Made by a program: the position numbers and the translations under genes. Below, in pieces: positions 28,384-40,054 of a stretch of 64,000 nt of DNA. The notes under the pieces were generated by a model. That model was given only the letters and a program-made list of their open reading frames with translations, was not told the DNA's origin and did not search any database. The stretch's first letter is position 1, and each line of letters starts with the position of its first letter. The DNA is from Octopus vulgaris (lineage: Eukaryota), in contig OX597834.1 in NCBI GenBank assembly GCA_951406725.2, forward strand, positions 27,714,001 to 27,778,000, given 5' to 3'.

Positions 28384-28771
28384 TGTGGTTAAGATGTTTG
28401 TTGTTTTTTTAATCTGACATTCTATTAATTTACAAACATGCCAACGGATTGAGAATTGTATACGGTTCCTCGGTCTGCTCAAAATTGTAAATAAATGCTA
28501 ATGGAGTGCGTCATATTAGACAATGTAGTCCGAAACATTATTAAAAGATGAAGATGAAGTGGTCGTGACTGTAATGTCTTTGATCATAATACTGGTCGAT
28601 AATTGTTGACTCGGTTGATCATTATTGTTCTTCGCACAAAGGCAACACTCGGAAATTTTCCTACATGATTATTTAAAACTATCTAATTTGGGATTAATTT
28701 GCTGCCCCCAAATCTTTATCCTCGTTCTAAGATATAGTAGGAGACCCATCCCCAATTTTCTTAATACCTAT

Positions 28772-29000
28772 TTCTTTACTACACACAAGAGGCTAAACAC
28801 AGAGGGAACAAACAAGGACAGACAAACGGATTAAGTCGATTACATCGACCCCAGTGCGTAACTGGTACTTAATTTATCGACCCTGAAAGGATCAAAGGTA
28901 AATTCGACCGCGGCGGAATTTGAACTCAGAGCGTAATGCCAGACGAAATGCGGCTACGCATTTCGCCTGGCGTGCTAACGTTTCTGCCAGCTCGCCACCT
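28772..29000 (-). mobile_element. SINE family C
   Basis: Reverse complement of 15411-15642. Confidence 0.88.
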
Positions 29001-29827
29001 TAATTTTCTTAATATCGCACAGTGCCCCTAATCTAACATTTGAGGTTAATGAAGCTATTAATACTACTGAAAATGTTAATGTTGTTTAACCCTTGGCCAA
29101 CCTTGATCGAGATCACTTTTGAGGAAAGATATCTAAGACTACGATATCTAGCGTCACTGCTGGCTTATGGGGGTGTATCTTGAGTAATATTTAGCTGATG
29201 GTTTTAGCAGGCAAGGCGACCACATAAACGGAAACCGGTTGAGGCGTGATGCTGCAAGGCTCTGACGCGATATAGATAGATTTGTCTATTCGTTATCTCT
29301 TTTCTTTGGTTCTAGCAAGCAGAGTGACCACAAATGAACCTATTGTTATGTTATTGTATCTAAGTGTTCTGACTTGATGGAGATGTGTCCGCTTTCGCTC
29401 CTTTTTGTTTGTGAGTTTCTTTCTTTATGGGGTTGGGATTTCAGCGTATGTTAAAGTTGGGGCCTGCTGGTGTTGGTAATTACTACAATAACAAAACCAC
29501 GCTCTTCACATATCCAGGTGATCTTTAATATCTCAGCAATTCAATTCTGGTTCTGTAGGTGGTCTATGACTGTGGTCTGTCTACAAAATATAGGGTACTC
29601 GTGTCTGTGGAGTGCTCAGCCACTTGCACCTTAGTTTCACGAGCAGGGTGTTCCATTGAGCAGATCAACTGGAACTCTCGGAACCGATGGATTACCAGTG
29701 CAAACTTGGCAACTTCAAATATAATTTTCTGTTGTTTCTTACAAGGTTATTTTGTGTCGTTGTGGTATTGTTATTGATGTTTATTTCATTTTTTAATTCC
29801 CCATTCCCCATTTCTCTGTCTGCCTAC

Positions 29828-29861
<34 letters not shown>

Positions 29862-30367
29862 TCTTTCTCTCCTTCTCTTTTCTCTTTCTCTCTTCTTTTC
29901 TCTCCCTCTCTCTTTTCTTTCTCTCCCTTTCGCTGTTTGCGTGCACATTCACTCACGCAGAAAATACACTTACATGTGCATTCATACATGCATAGAGAAA
30001 GAGACAGACATACATGCACACACATACGGACATACAAATAGAAAGACAGACAGATAGACAGATAGATAGATAGAAAGAGAGAGAGATAAGTAGATAGATA
30101 GATATGTATATAGATATAGACATACGTATACGTGTGTGTGTGTGTGTGTTTGTATATATATATCTATATATATATACGCGCACACACGCACTTACACACA
30201 CACACATATATATACATAAATACACAAGTCATGCATATATCTGTGTATACATATAGATATGCATATATATATGTGTGTGTGTATATATATATATATATGT
30301 GTGTTACGTGTGTGTATGTACGTATGTATGTATATGCATATAATATATAAACACATAGTTGTGCCAG

Positions 30368-30456
<89 letters not shown>

Positions 30457-30652
30457 GTACTCTCACCGTCTCCTTCTCCCTATTTCACTCACTTTATCCT
30501 CAATCTCTCCACTCCCCATCTTCCCTGTGCGTTTCTCTGTATCCATTTTGTTTTTTTATTTGTCTGACAAATGTTGACAGGCCTGCATCCGATTGCCATT
30601 GATGGTGTATATCAGTGAAGAGATTCTGTATCAGTGTAAGATACCTGGCAAG

Positions 30653-30784
30653 AAGAAAAATGTTTGCAGAGGAAGTGCCGTGAAGATGCCACATGGTCAA
30701 AAGTAAAAGGTCAGATTTATAAATCCATGACTAATGTCACCTCTTCAGCTGATATCCTGCAGCAATTCGCTGCACGTTTTCTCT
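30653..30784. repeat. 132-bp non-microsatellite block, copy 1 (identical to 35498-35629)
   Basis: Base-for-base identical by inspection; flanks unrelated apart from CT-rich sequence downstream. Confidence 0.95.
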
Positions 30785-30856
30785 GTCTGTCTGTCTGTCT
30801 GTCTCCCGCTCTCCCCTCACTCTCTATATATTTCTACTTTTGTATCTCTCCTAGTC

Positions 30857-30924
<68 letters not shown>

Positions 30925-31101
30925 CCTATCTATCTATTTCTATCTGTATGTCACTAGTACATACACACAACCTCTGACACACATACACGCACGCAAACAC
31001 AGCATTTTCTCTATCCGTTCCTCCTAATAATCGGATGGAGGTCTGTAATACAGTGTATTTAACTAAGAAACAAACTAGAGACACGTACATGCATAATCGT
31101 A

Positions 31102-31131
<30 letters not shown>

Positions 31132-31132
<1 letters not shown>

Positions 31133-31340
31133 TACGGAGATGTACTTGCATAGCAAGTGACTTGATCTGAGATCGTTTGCTGGAACAAAAACAATTGCAG
31201 CGTGGAAAGTGTTTATAAGCCATTTAAGAAACACACAAAAACCGTTAGATTCACTTCAACATATAAAATTAATTTGTCAAAATATTTTCGTCGCTTTGAG
31301 ACCGCGACCTGTTCACTGACAAAACTTCGTGTTGCATCTG
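31132..31340 (-). mobile_element. short HHR-bearing element, family H2
   Basis: (TA)n on both sides; homologous to both arms of 48343-48690. Confidence 0.8.
31273..31323 (-). ncRNA. type I hammerhead motif with swapped G3-C8 core
   Basis: TTTGTCA-GTGAACA-G-GTCGC(GGTCTCAAA)GCGAC-GAAA-ATAT-T-T-TGACAAA: 7-bp stem I, 5-bp stem II, palindromic AAUAUU stem III. Confidence 0.7.
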
Positions 31341-31699
31341 TATATATATATATATATATATCGATAAAAATGCCCTTCCGAAGCGTCTGTCATTACTTAC
31401 TATCACAAATTTGCATTTGTGTTGCCAGACTTTACGTTCACTGCAGAATGAGGTTTAACATTTGATAAACAATATTAATACGTTCTGGTAAATTTTTTCG
31501 TTTTCATTTGCAACACAGTCTCTCGTTTTCTCTCTCTCCCGCCTCTGAATTTTTTCATTAATAATATCTATTTAATTTATATTCATTGCAATTTTTTTCA
31601 TTTCAAGTTTTATTTCGTTATTTCAGAGGAGGAAATCAGGAATTTTGTTGACTGTGTAAATGCCCTCAGTTTCTGGTTTATCCTCATCCCCGAAAGCAA

Positions 31700-32929
31700 T
31701 ACAGTCCTTCGCAACGGAAAAAGACCACCTCCAAATTTGAGGCACAGCTATGGGGATGAGATTTTCTCTAGTTTTCGTGAACTCAGAACTGGGATATTTG
31801 GAACAAAACCTATATCAAAATATTGAAGAAAACTACGGCATGACCTTTAGAAGGCATACAGAGGACACATGGAATAGATACCGTATGATTGTTTCCTAAT
31901 TTGGACCAAATCCCTAGAAAATGTGGAATAATTCAGCACCCTCCTCAACAATCTATACCTTCCTCTCAACTTCACAAGAGAAATGAGCAACACACAATTA
32001 CCATTTCTTGACATAATGGTAATTAAAAACAACACCACAATCACAACTGATTTATATTACAAAAGCACAGATACACACCAGTACCTAAATTTCGAATCAT
32101 GCCACCCAGTGCACACAAAACGCAACATCCCCGTACTGTCTCACCAACAAAATTGGTACTATAGTAGATGATCCAAATACCAGGAACATACGACTTATAG
32201 AACTCAAAGGAATTCTGCTCAAGCAAAAATACCCTCTCCCATTTATAGAAAATAGCATACAACGAACAAAAGAGATACCTATAGAACAACTTATGGCAAC
32301 ACGAGAGAGATGAACTCATCAACGGAACACAATACCATTTCTAGTAACACACAATACACATCATCAAAACAAATTTGCCAATCATGAAACAAAGTGAAAA
32401 ATTAAAAAAACATAACTAATCAAACACTTATCTTAAGCAAAATGCAACCATATAACCTAAAGAAACTATTAGCAAAGGCAAAATTCAACACGAACAAACA
32501 AGCTAAAATATTTACAGTATCCAAGTGTAATGATAACATGTAGAACGTGTCAATACATGCATACTGGTAGATCCATTAGAACAAAAATAGTGACAAATTT
32601 TCACAAATGCAGATATGAACTGCAAAAGCAGAAATTTTATCTACTGCGTTGAATGCCCTAATTGCGAGGAACTGTATATTGGTGAAAGATGGAATGCATT
32701 ATCGGAATGCTCACAAGTTCATAGACAACAAATCCGGAACGTTAATGTTCGCCAAATTCCATTGAGCGAAAATATAGAAACATGTGGTCAGAAAATTTTT
32801 CTAATTTCTACTTTCCACAAACTACATGACACAAATGAGGTTGGAATAAGGATAAAAGAAATATGTTTTACCAAAATGTTCAAACCTGCTTCGAACAGAA
32901 CTTACAATAATGATATAACAACCAGTTAA
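31700..32929 (+). pseudogene. Penelope-like element relic (RT, thumb, GIY-YIG endonuclease)
   Basis: GTAMG...GYLEQNLY (31741), CFLIW, LPFLDIMV...TDLYYKSTDTHQYLNFESCHP..TKRNIP (ORF 31983), NCKSRNFIYCVECPNCEELYIGE...HR (ORF 32615); many frameshifts. Confidence 0.92.
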
Positions 32930-33197
32930 TTATGTGGAATAAAAAAATATCCTTAACATATGAATATAAACAAATTACAGAAAACTCCCACCAACTGAAA
33001 TGAAAACGATCGAAACCAACTAAGTTTGTTCACTCATAAAACCATTACATGTAAACTGCAAGCTAATTAGTTACAATAAAAGCGGGAACTATGCCAGTAA
33101 TATCGGTGATCCCAGCAAACTGTGACATTTAAGCGGCATGCTGATTGGTCAAAATTGCATTCGAAAAATTCAGCTTGTTGGAGCTTTCTAAAATGTA

Positions 33198-33249
33198 TAT
33201 AAAGCTGATGATTACTACGAACGTATGAAATCCCTAATTGAACTTTATG
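33198..33249 (+). ncRNA. degenerate hammerhead motif 3' of the PLE ORF
   Basis: TATAAAG-CTGATGA-TTAC(TACGAAC)GTAT-GAAA-TCCCTAATTGA-A-CTTTATG; 7-bp stem I, but U16.1 is missing and the first stem II pair is mismatched. Confidence 0.5.
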
Positions 33250-33401
33250 AACATTACAAAATCTATCTATATATATATTTTTAATGCTTAACACACTTCA
33301 ACATTGTAATTTTTTTAATACAATAGTGAAAAACAGACCATGTTGTAACTTTATTTAGCTGATATATTATTCTGTATGCATTCAAGACCAAATTCGGAAA
33401 G

Positions 33402-33466
<65 letters not shown>

Positions 33467-33804
33467 CAGTGTTCGTTATGTGCTTTTTTCGTTGTATTGT
33501 GTGATAGTTTCTTTTTTCCATCTGTTATTTTATTATTGATCTTCTATATCAATGAAGCTATATCCTTTAATTTCCTGCTTTTCTTCACACAAACTGCGAA
33601 GATGCATTCCGGAACTGTTATTTTAAGGGGTTACAAGTTGCATCTATTTATCGCTCGAAGAGACACATCTGCACCGTCAGATGCTCCTGAACCAGGTGTT
33701 AAGTACCCCACCCTTGAGGGATCGATGATAGTTGTGTTGAAACAATTGTAGTGATTAATAAAAACTCTCGTACCTTCCATCTTCCGTCTCTCATTTACGA
33801 GACC

Positions 33805-33866
<62 letters not shown>

Positions 33867-34034
33867 TTAACAAAATCTTAATAAGAAATCTTAACAAGAA
33901 ATTATCAGGTAGTTAGCGTGAATAACCTCATAAGAGAAAAAATCTGAAATTTTTTTTGTTTTTTTCACTTGAAAATATTTGTTTATATTGTATAGAGGGC
34001 ATTATTACACATAATATATATATATATATATATC

Positions 34035-34220
34035 AGTATAGTGAAAATTTACAAAAAATCAATAGACGAAGACGGGTGTGCAAACAAAAAACAGATGTAT
34101 TAGTTTAACGCTCGGAAAGTGAGAAAGTCTTTTACGTTTCGAGCCTACTCTCGTCAACAGAAAGGAACCCAGAAATATACAGGGAGAGAAAATAGAAAAG
34201 GTTTAGTGGCCAGCGATCTA
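34035..34220 (-). mobile_element. family H1 element (HHR 34128-34165, core CTGTTGA)
   Basis: Minus strand CCTTT-CTGTTGA-C-GAGA(GTAG)GCTC-GAAA-CGT-A-AAAGA; abuts (TA)n. Confidence 0.68.
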
Positions 34221-34453
34221 TATAAGTATAGCCGTCACTCTCAAGCGAATATGGCGGTGAAGTTTGTACCAAGTTTTTGTTCATTGCTTCTAGCGCATGC
34301 GTAGTCACGAACAAATATAATCACACACGCGACACGACCAACCTTGACCAAACGTAGCATCAATGATGTGATTACTGAAGTGGGAGACAGGGTTAAGTAG
34401 GGAAGGAGTAGTACCAGAAGGTTGCTGGTTACTATTTTATGCAGAGTAAACAG

Positions 34454-34509
<56 letters not shown>

Positions 34510-35139
34510 CCTTTTTTCTCTCTCTCAGAAAGTAGCAATCAACACAATTGGTTGGATTATATATGTATTTAATAACAATTTTACTGAGCTCAACATTATT
34601 TAAAGGTTCCTGGTCGAAGGTCACACCCAAAACGTTTGATGTGCGGAGACAGAGAGAAGTAGAGATTTAAAAGACGCTCAAAATTGCTACAAGGCATTTA
34701 GGGCCTCACTCGTCAGTTCATGAAGTCTGCTTGTTCATGTAACGCATGCATGTGTGTATGAAGGTAAAATCGCTCACTCAGGTTACACAACACTTTCTGT
34801 GTGAGTGTCTGTAGTGCGTGTGTGTATGTGTGTGTGTGTGACAGAGAGAGAGAGAGTGTGTGTGTGTATGTGTGTGTGTGTGTGTGTATGTGTGTGTGAG
34901 TGTGCGCGTGTCTTTGTGCGTTCGTGCATAACTTTTTATGACGGAAACTGTTGTATACTTAAATTTTGTCTTTCTGCTCATTAAGATAGCAGAATAATTA
35001 AATAATCAGTCGAAAGACAAAATTTAATCAACATTTTCAGTCATAAAAAATGCATAGAACATATTACTTATTCATACATACACATGGACAAAGATTCACA
35101 CGGTTATATATGTACATACATATACACATGTATATGTGC

Positions 35140-35182
<43 letters not shown>

Positions 35183-35403
35183 TATATATGTATGTATTCA
35201 TATATATATATATATATATGTATGTATATATATATACACACACACATATATATATATGTAAATATGTATATTTTGATAAACGTATATATATATTTATATA
35301 AATATATATATTATATGCATATATGTATATGTATATATATAAGTACTAGGAACATAGATACATACATACATAAATACACATACACATATACATGCATACA
35401 TAC

Positions 35404-35441
<38 letters not shown>

Positions 35442-35497
35442 ATACATAGTGTAATGCATTGAATCAAGCATGGTTATATATACAATTCTAGACTCAC

Positions 35498-35629
35498 AAG
35501 AAAAATGTTTGCAGAGGAAGTGCCGTGAAGATGCCACATGGTCAAAAGTAAAAGGTCAGATTTATAAATCCATGACTAATGTCACCTCTTCAGCTGATAT
35601 CCTGCAGCAATTCGCTGCACGTTTTCTCT
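35498..35629. repeat. 132-bp non-microsatellite block, copy 2
   Basis: Identical to 30653-30784, offset 4845 bp. Confidence 0.95.
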
Positions 35630-35901
35630 TTCTTCCTCTCTCTCTCTCTCTCTCTCTCCGTGTCTCTCGCTCCTCCCCCTCTCTCAAACGTATACGCAGA
35701 CATCAAAATAGGCAGACATAAAGACAAACACACGCAGGCATCCCCTCCCTCCCTCATGACCGTCTGACGATGAGGCATACAGCAGTGCACTTAGCTAAGC
35801 GAAAAAAATTTTTTTTTAAATTTGCATACATACGTATACAAATACACAGACGCACATATTTGTGAATATTTACAGAAATACACACACACACACACTGACA
35901 G

Positions 35902-36008
<107 letters not shown>

Positions 36009-36027
36009 CATATACATATATATATAC

Positions 36028-36058
<31 letters not shown>

Positions 36059-36085
36059 CATATATATATATATACATATACACAC

Positions 36086-36137
<52 letters not shown>

Positions 36138-36630
36138 GTATATATATATAAATATATATATGTTTGTGTGTCTGTGTATGCCTGTATATGTATGCCAATG
36201 TACGCATACACACATACAAATGTCTTCCATAGAATATATATCACTATCAGTCTTATTAACGTGCTTTTCACATAAGTGCTCAACTAATATTCATGTAAAT
36301 TAGAAACTAAGTCTATGCATTGGATGAATCAACCAACATAGTCAATTGTTAATGAACGATATTTAACACTTATCATTTCCCATTATCTACCACCATAGTA
36401 TTAATTTATGTTATTGGACGTACCTCATATTAGTTTTATCAGTCATATAGGCGCAGGAGTGGCTGTGTGGTAAGTAGCTTGCTTACCAACCACATGGTTC
36501 CGGGTTCAGTCCCACTGCGTGGCACCTTGGGCAAGTGTCTTCTACTATAGTCTCGGGCCGACCAAAGCCTTGTGAGTGGATTTGGTAGACGGAAACTGAA
36601 AGAAGCCCGTCGTATATATGTATATATATA

Positions 36631-37509
36631 CTAAGCAATTAAGGGTTTAGCAACGAATTGCCTCACCACACACCGAATTTAGAAATAGCAGTCAAAGAGT
36701 TATAGCTATTCTTTCTACTAAAAGGGAGATCTCAGTAAAAACACAGCACTTGAAAGGCAAACACAGACAGGTAAGAGAGAATGAAATGACGGCAATCTAT
36801 CATACAATTTTAAGTCACCTACGGACGTACGTTTCGAAATCAAGTTTTAGGAAAGCATAGGAATTAGATAATTCTACCTTACCCAACTTTTTTCTCATCA
36901 GCGTAGGACACTACAATTATGAATAATTGTATATTAAATTTTGAGATACTAGAAGGCATCATCTCAACTCAGTATCAGAGCGAGCTAAAGCCATTACCAG
37001 TACCACCAAATTTAAAGTGTGAATGAAAGTTTGTGTCACCAGCCCCTTCCCACCCGCGTGTAGCCAAGACAAGATGCTGTGGTCATTTACTGGGATGAAA
37101 TATGGTTATCAGTAACAATAAAGGGTGAAATTAATTAATTTGGAATAATTATTAATTACACCAAGTAGATTTCGGCATGTAAAAGCCTCATTCGAGGAAA
37201 ATTTAAGTAATACTAAGCAATTAAGGGTTTAGCAACGAATTGCCTCACCACACACCGAATTTAGAAATAGCAGTCAAAGAGTTATAGCTATTGTGTTTTT
37301 ACTGAGATCTCCCTTTTAGTAGAAAGAATAGCTATAACTTTTTGACTGCTATTTCTAAATTCGGTGTGTGGTGAGGCAATTCGTTGCTAAACCCTTAATT
37401 GCTTAGTATTACTTAAATTTTCCTCGAATGAGGCTTTTACATGCCGAAATCTACTTGGTGTAATTAATAATTATTCCAAATTAATTAATTTCACCCTTTA
37501 TTGTTACTG
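36631..37509 (-). mobile_element. retrozyme/PLE-like non-coding element, family H3 (582-bp unit, direct terminal repeat, inverted partial copy)
   Basis: 36631-36710 = 37213-37292 (80-bp direct repeat, period 582); 37292-37509 is an inverted copy of 37110-37212 plus 36631-36744; contains a complete HHR. Confidence 0.85.
36818..36907 (-). ncRNA. type I hammerhead ribozyme, fully canonical
   Basis: CCTACG-CTGATGA-GAAA...(long hairpin)...TTTC-GAAA-C-GTAC-G-T-C-CGTAGG: 6-bp stem I, G10.1-C11.1, palindromic ACGUACGU stem III, GUC triplet (C17 = 36824). Confidence 0.9.
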
Positions 37510-37599
<90 letters not shown>

Positions 37600-38512
37600 T
37601 GTGTCTGTGTTTGTCCCCCTAGCATTGCTTGACAACCGATGCTGGTGTGTTTGTGTCCCCGTCGCTTAGCGGTTCGGCAAAAGAGAGCGATAGAATAAGT
37701 ACTGGGCTTACAAAAGAATAAGTCCCGGGGTCGAGTTGCTCGATTAAAGGCGGTGCTCCAGCATGGCCGCAGTCAAATGACTGAAACAAGTAAAAGAGTA
37801 AAAGAGAGAGTATATCATTTTGTACTAGCTTAGAGCGTGTACTAAGTTTGGTATTTTCCTTGTCATAGATGTATTGCCATCACCGCTGCTAAATTAATTT
37901 CACCCATAGACGAGACCCTGCTAGGTACTACAGTTCCGGGTCAGAACGGAACTATTAGTTGCCTCCTTGGCATATATTTATGTGATTGGATATACCTCAC
38001 GTTAGTTTCATCATCCATACCCTTCAGCGCTGACTTAGGGCATGTTGGAAGAGGGTATTAATTTTGGAGTTTTCCTTCTCCTAGATTGATTGCTTACACG
38101 GCAGCTAAGGAACTGAATTTACCCTTGTAAACATCTGTTTAACGCATAGATAGGACCTTAACATATCTTCCCGTATTGAGTCAAAAGGGACCTGGGAGTA
38201 ATGGTAATTAAAAGGTGACTCTATGCTTCACACAACTCTCGAACTCTCGAACTGGAGTGTCGTCACCGGATGCAGTTTAATGTTAAACTCAAAACTTACC
38301 TTGCAGTAATTATTCCGTTACGGTACGTTTTTGTATCTGATCACCCCGCGCAGAAAAGGTAAAAACTGGCTTTCAACGAGCAGTATAAAGCTCCACATTA
38401 CGCAGAATTAGATACATAAATTTTCTCATGACTGAAACTGATGCAATTTATATCCACGCAGAGGAAACTATCTTTAAAAAAAAGCAACTTGACCTGAGCC
38501 GGGTTTTTGTGG

Positions 38513-38544
<32 letters not shown>

Positions 38545-38858
38545 AAGGAAAGAGAGAGACAGAGAGACACACAGGGAAGATCTTAGAGAAAGAGAAAAAG
38601 TCAAAAACATAGAACGAACCAAAGATATAGCAACAATATATCCCACAAATAAGAAGCAACTGTCATATAAAAGGAAGGAAAATTTCGACGGACATGACTG
38701 ATAAAAAAAAACACACAAAAAAAAACAAGATGGACACTGGTAGAAGAATTTTTGTCAATTCACCGCCCTGTTATGTGCATAAAAAATAATGTGAAATATA
38801 TTATGGTATACGAATGTATATGCATTGTCTATACATGTGTATAGAAAAATTGGATATA

Positions 38859-39094
38859 CAGTAACCCCTCGCCATATCGCGGTCAACCTATCGCGGTTGA
38901 CCTGTCGCAGTTTATCATTTAAGTTTACGTCGATTCCTCTGTGGTGTTGTTTTGTAGTTATAATAAAATAAGTATATACAAATAATAAAAATAATTTTTA
39001 AGATGTACAGTACCGTATTGTTTCTATTTCGCGGATTTTCACTTATCGCGGGTGGTTTTGGAACGTAACACCCACGATAGTCGAGGAATCACTG
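38859..39094. mobile_element. Tigger/pogo-type MITE
   Basis: TA-cagtaacccctcg...cgaggaatcactg-TA imperfect TIRs. Confidence 0.75.
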
Positions 39095-39305
39095 TATAAA
39101 AATGTACGCTTGAAAATATTAATAAAAGTGAACTTAAACCACCAAAACCAATATGAAGACCAACATAGTACTCTATATTAACGCACGCAAAATTTGTCAC
39201 CTTCACATACTTACACAAACACGCACACGCACAAACGCTCAAAAAACACGCACACGCTCGCACACATGCACATATCACAAAATTACACGATTTATCGACT
39301 ATATA

Positions 39306-39790
39306 CCGTAAATCCTCGTGTATAATCCGCATTTTTTTCCCAAAATTTAAAGGTCATAATCCCTAGTACGTACTATATACGAGGTTAAAAATGAAACATA
39401 TTTTCTAAGCAATGTCCGAGTTTCTATTTGCTGTCCGGCAATGTTTATTCAGACGCATTTTGTGATGTCGGGCGCGAAAATACCTTAAGCTAAGCCTGAA
39501 AGCAATGAAGTCATAAAAGAATCATCCATAACTTGCAGTAGGCAACATTCATTTTCTGCAAACACAATGCACAAAAAATCTACACGTTTGCATTAAGTTA
39601 TATATACAATAATAATAAACAACGTTACTGTATACATTTTTACAAACCAAGGACGTTATATAGACCTCCTTAACTCAAGTTAGAGTAGGGGTGCGTATTA
39701 TACACAAGGTCTAGGTTTTTCAGAGGTACAGACCCCTAAAAATCCCCTGCGTATTATACTCAAGGGCGGACTATACTCGAGGATTTACAG
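39306..39790. mobile_element. pogo-type MITE
   Basis: TA-ccgtaaatcctcgtgtataatccgc...gcggactatactcgaggatttacag-TA TIRs. Confidence 0.82.
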
Positions 39791-40054
39791 TATACACACA
39801 AACACGGTACACAGATACACAAACATGAAATCATGTGTACATATAGATACGCAATGCCTGAATAATACAACGTGTCTACACGGAATACATACGTAATACA
39901 AACATATTACATACGTAATACACACACAATACATGCGTAATACATACGCAACACACACAAATTCACAAAAATAGAACCGTATATTCGTGTACGTAAAACA
40001 TAAACAATACACACGTATGCATACACACATAGATGACATACACACAGACATGCA

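Larger units (their letters stand above)
36450..37810 (+). mobile_element. SINE family B interrupted in its internal (TA)n by an 879-bp insertion
   Basis: 5' half 36450-36630 and 3' half 37510-37810 match the intact copies. Confidence 0.92.

Noticed and set aside
30653-30784. Duplicated (mutually exclusive) coding exon KCLQRKCREDATWSKV...
   Set aside because: No convincing polypyrimidine tract or donor at the block edges on either strand, no recognisable domain, and no substitutions to test coding constraint.
34245-34305. Promoter-like YY1 (ATGGCGG) and NRF1-like (GCGCATGCG) motifs; similar pair at about 5165-5212
   Set aside because: Short motifs alone, with no CpG island or adjacent exon; cannot support a promoter call.
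37420-37462. Second hammerhead in H3 (CGAATGA-GGC...GCC-GAAA)
   Set aside because: Two core mismatches and no stem I or stem III pairing that I can find.
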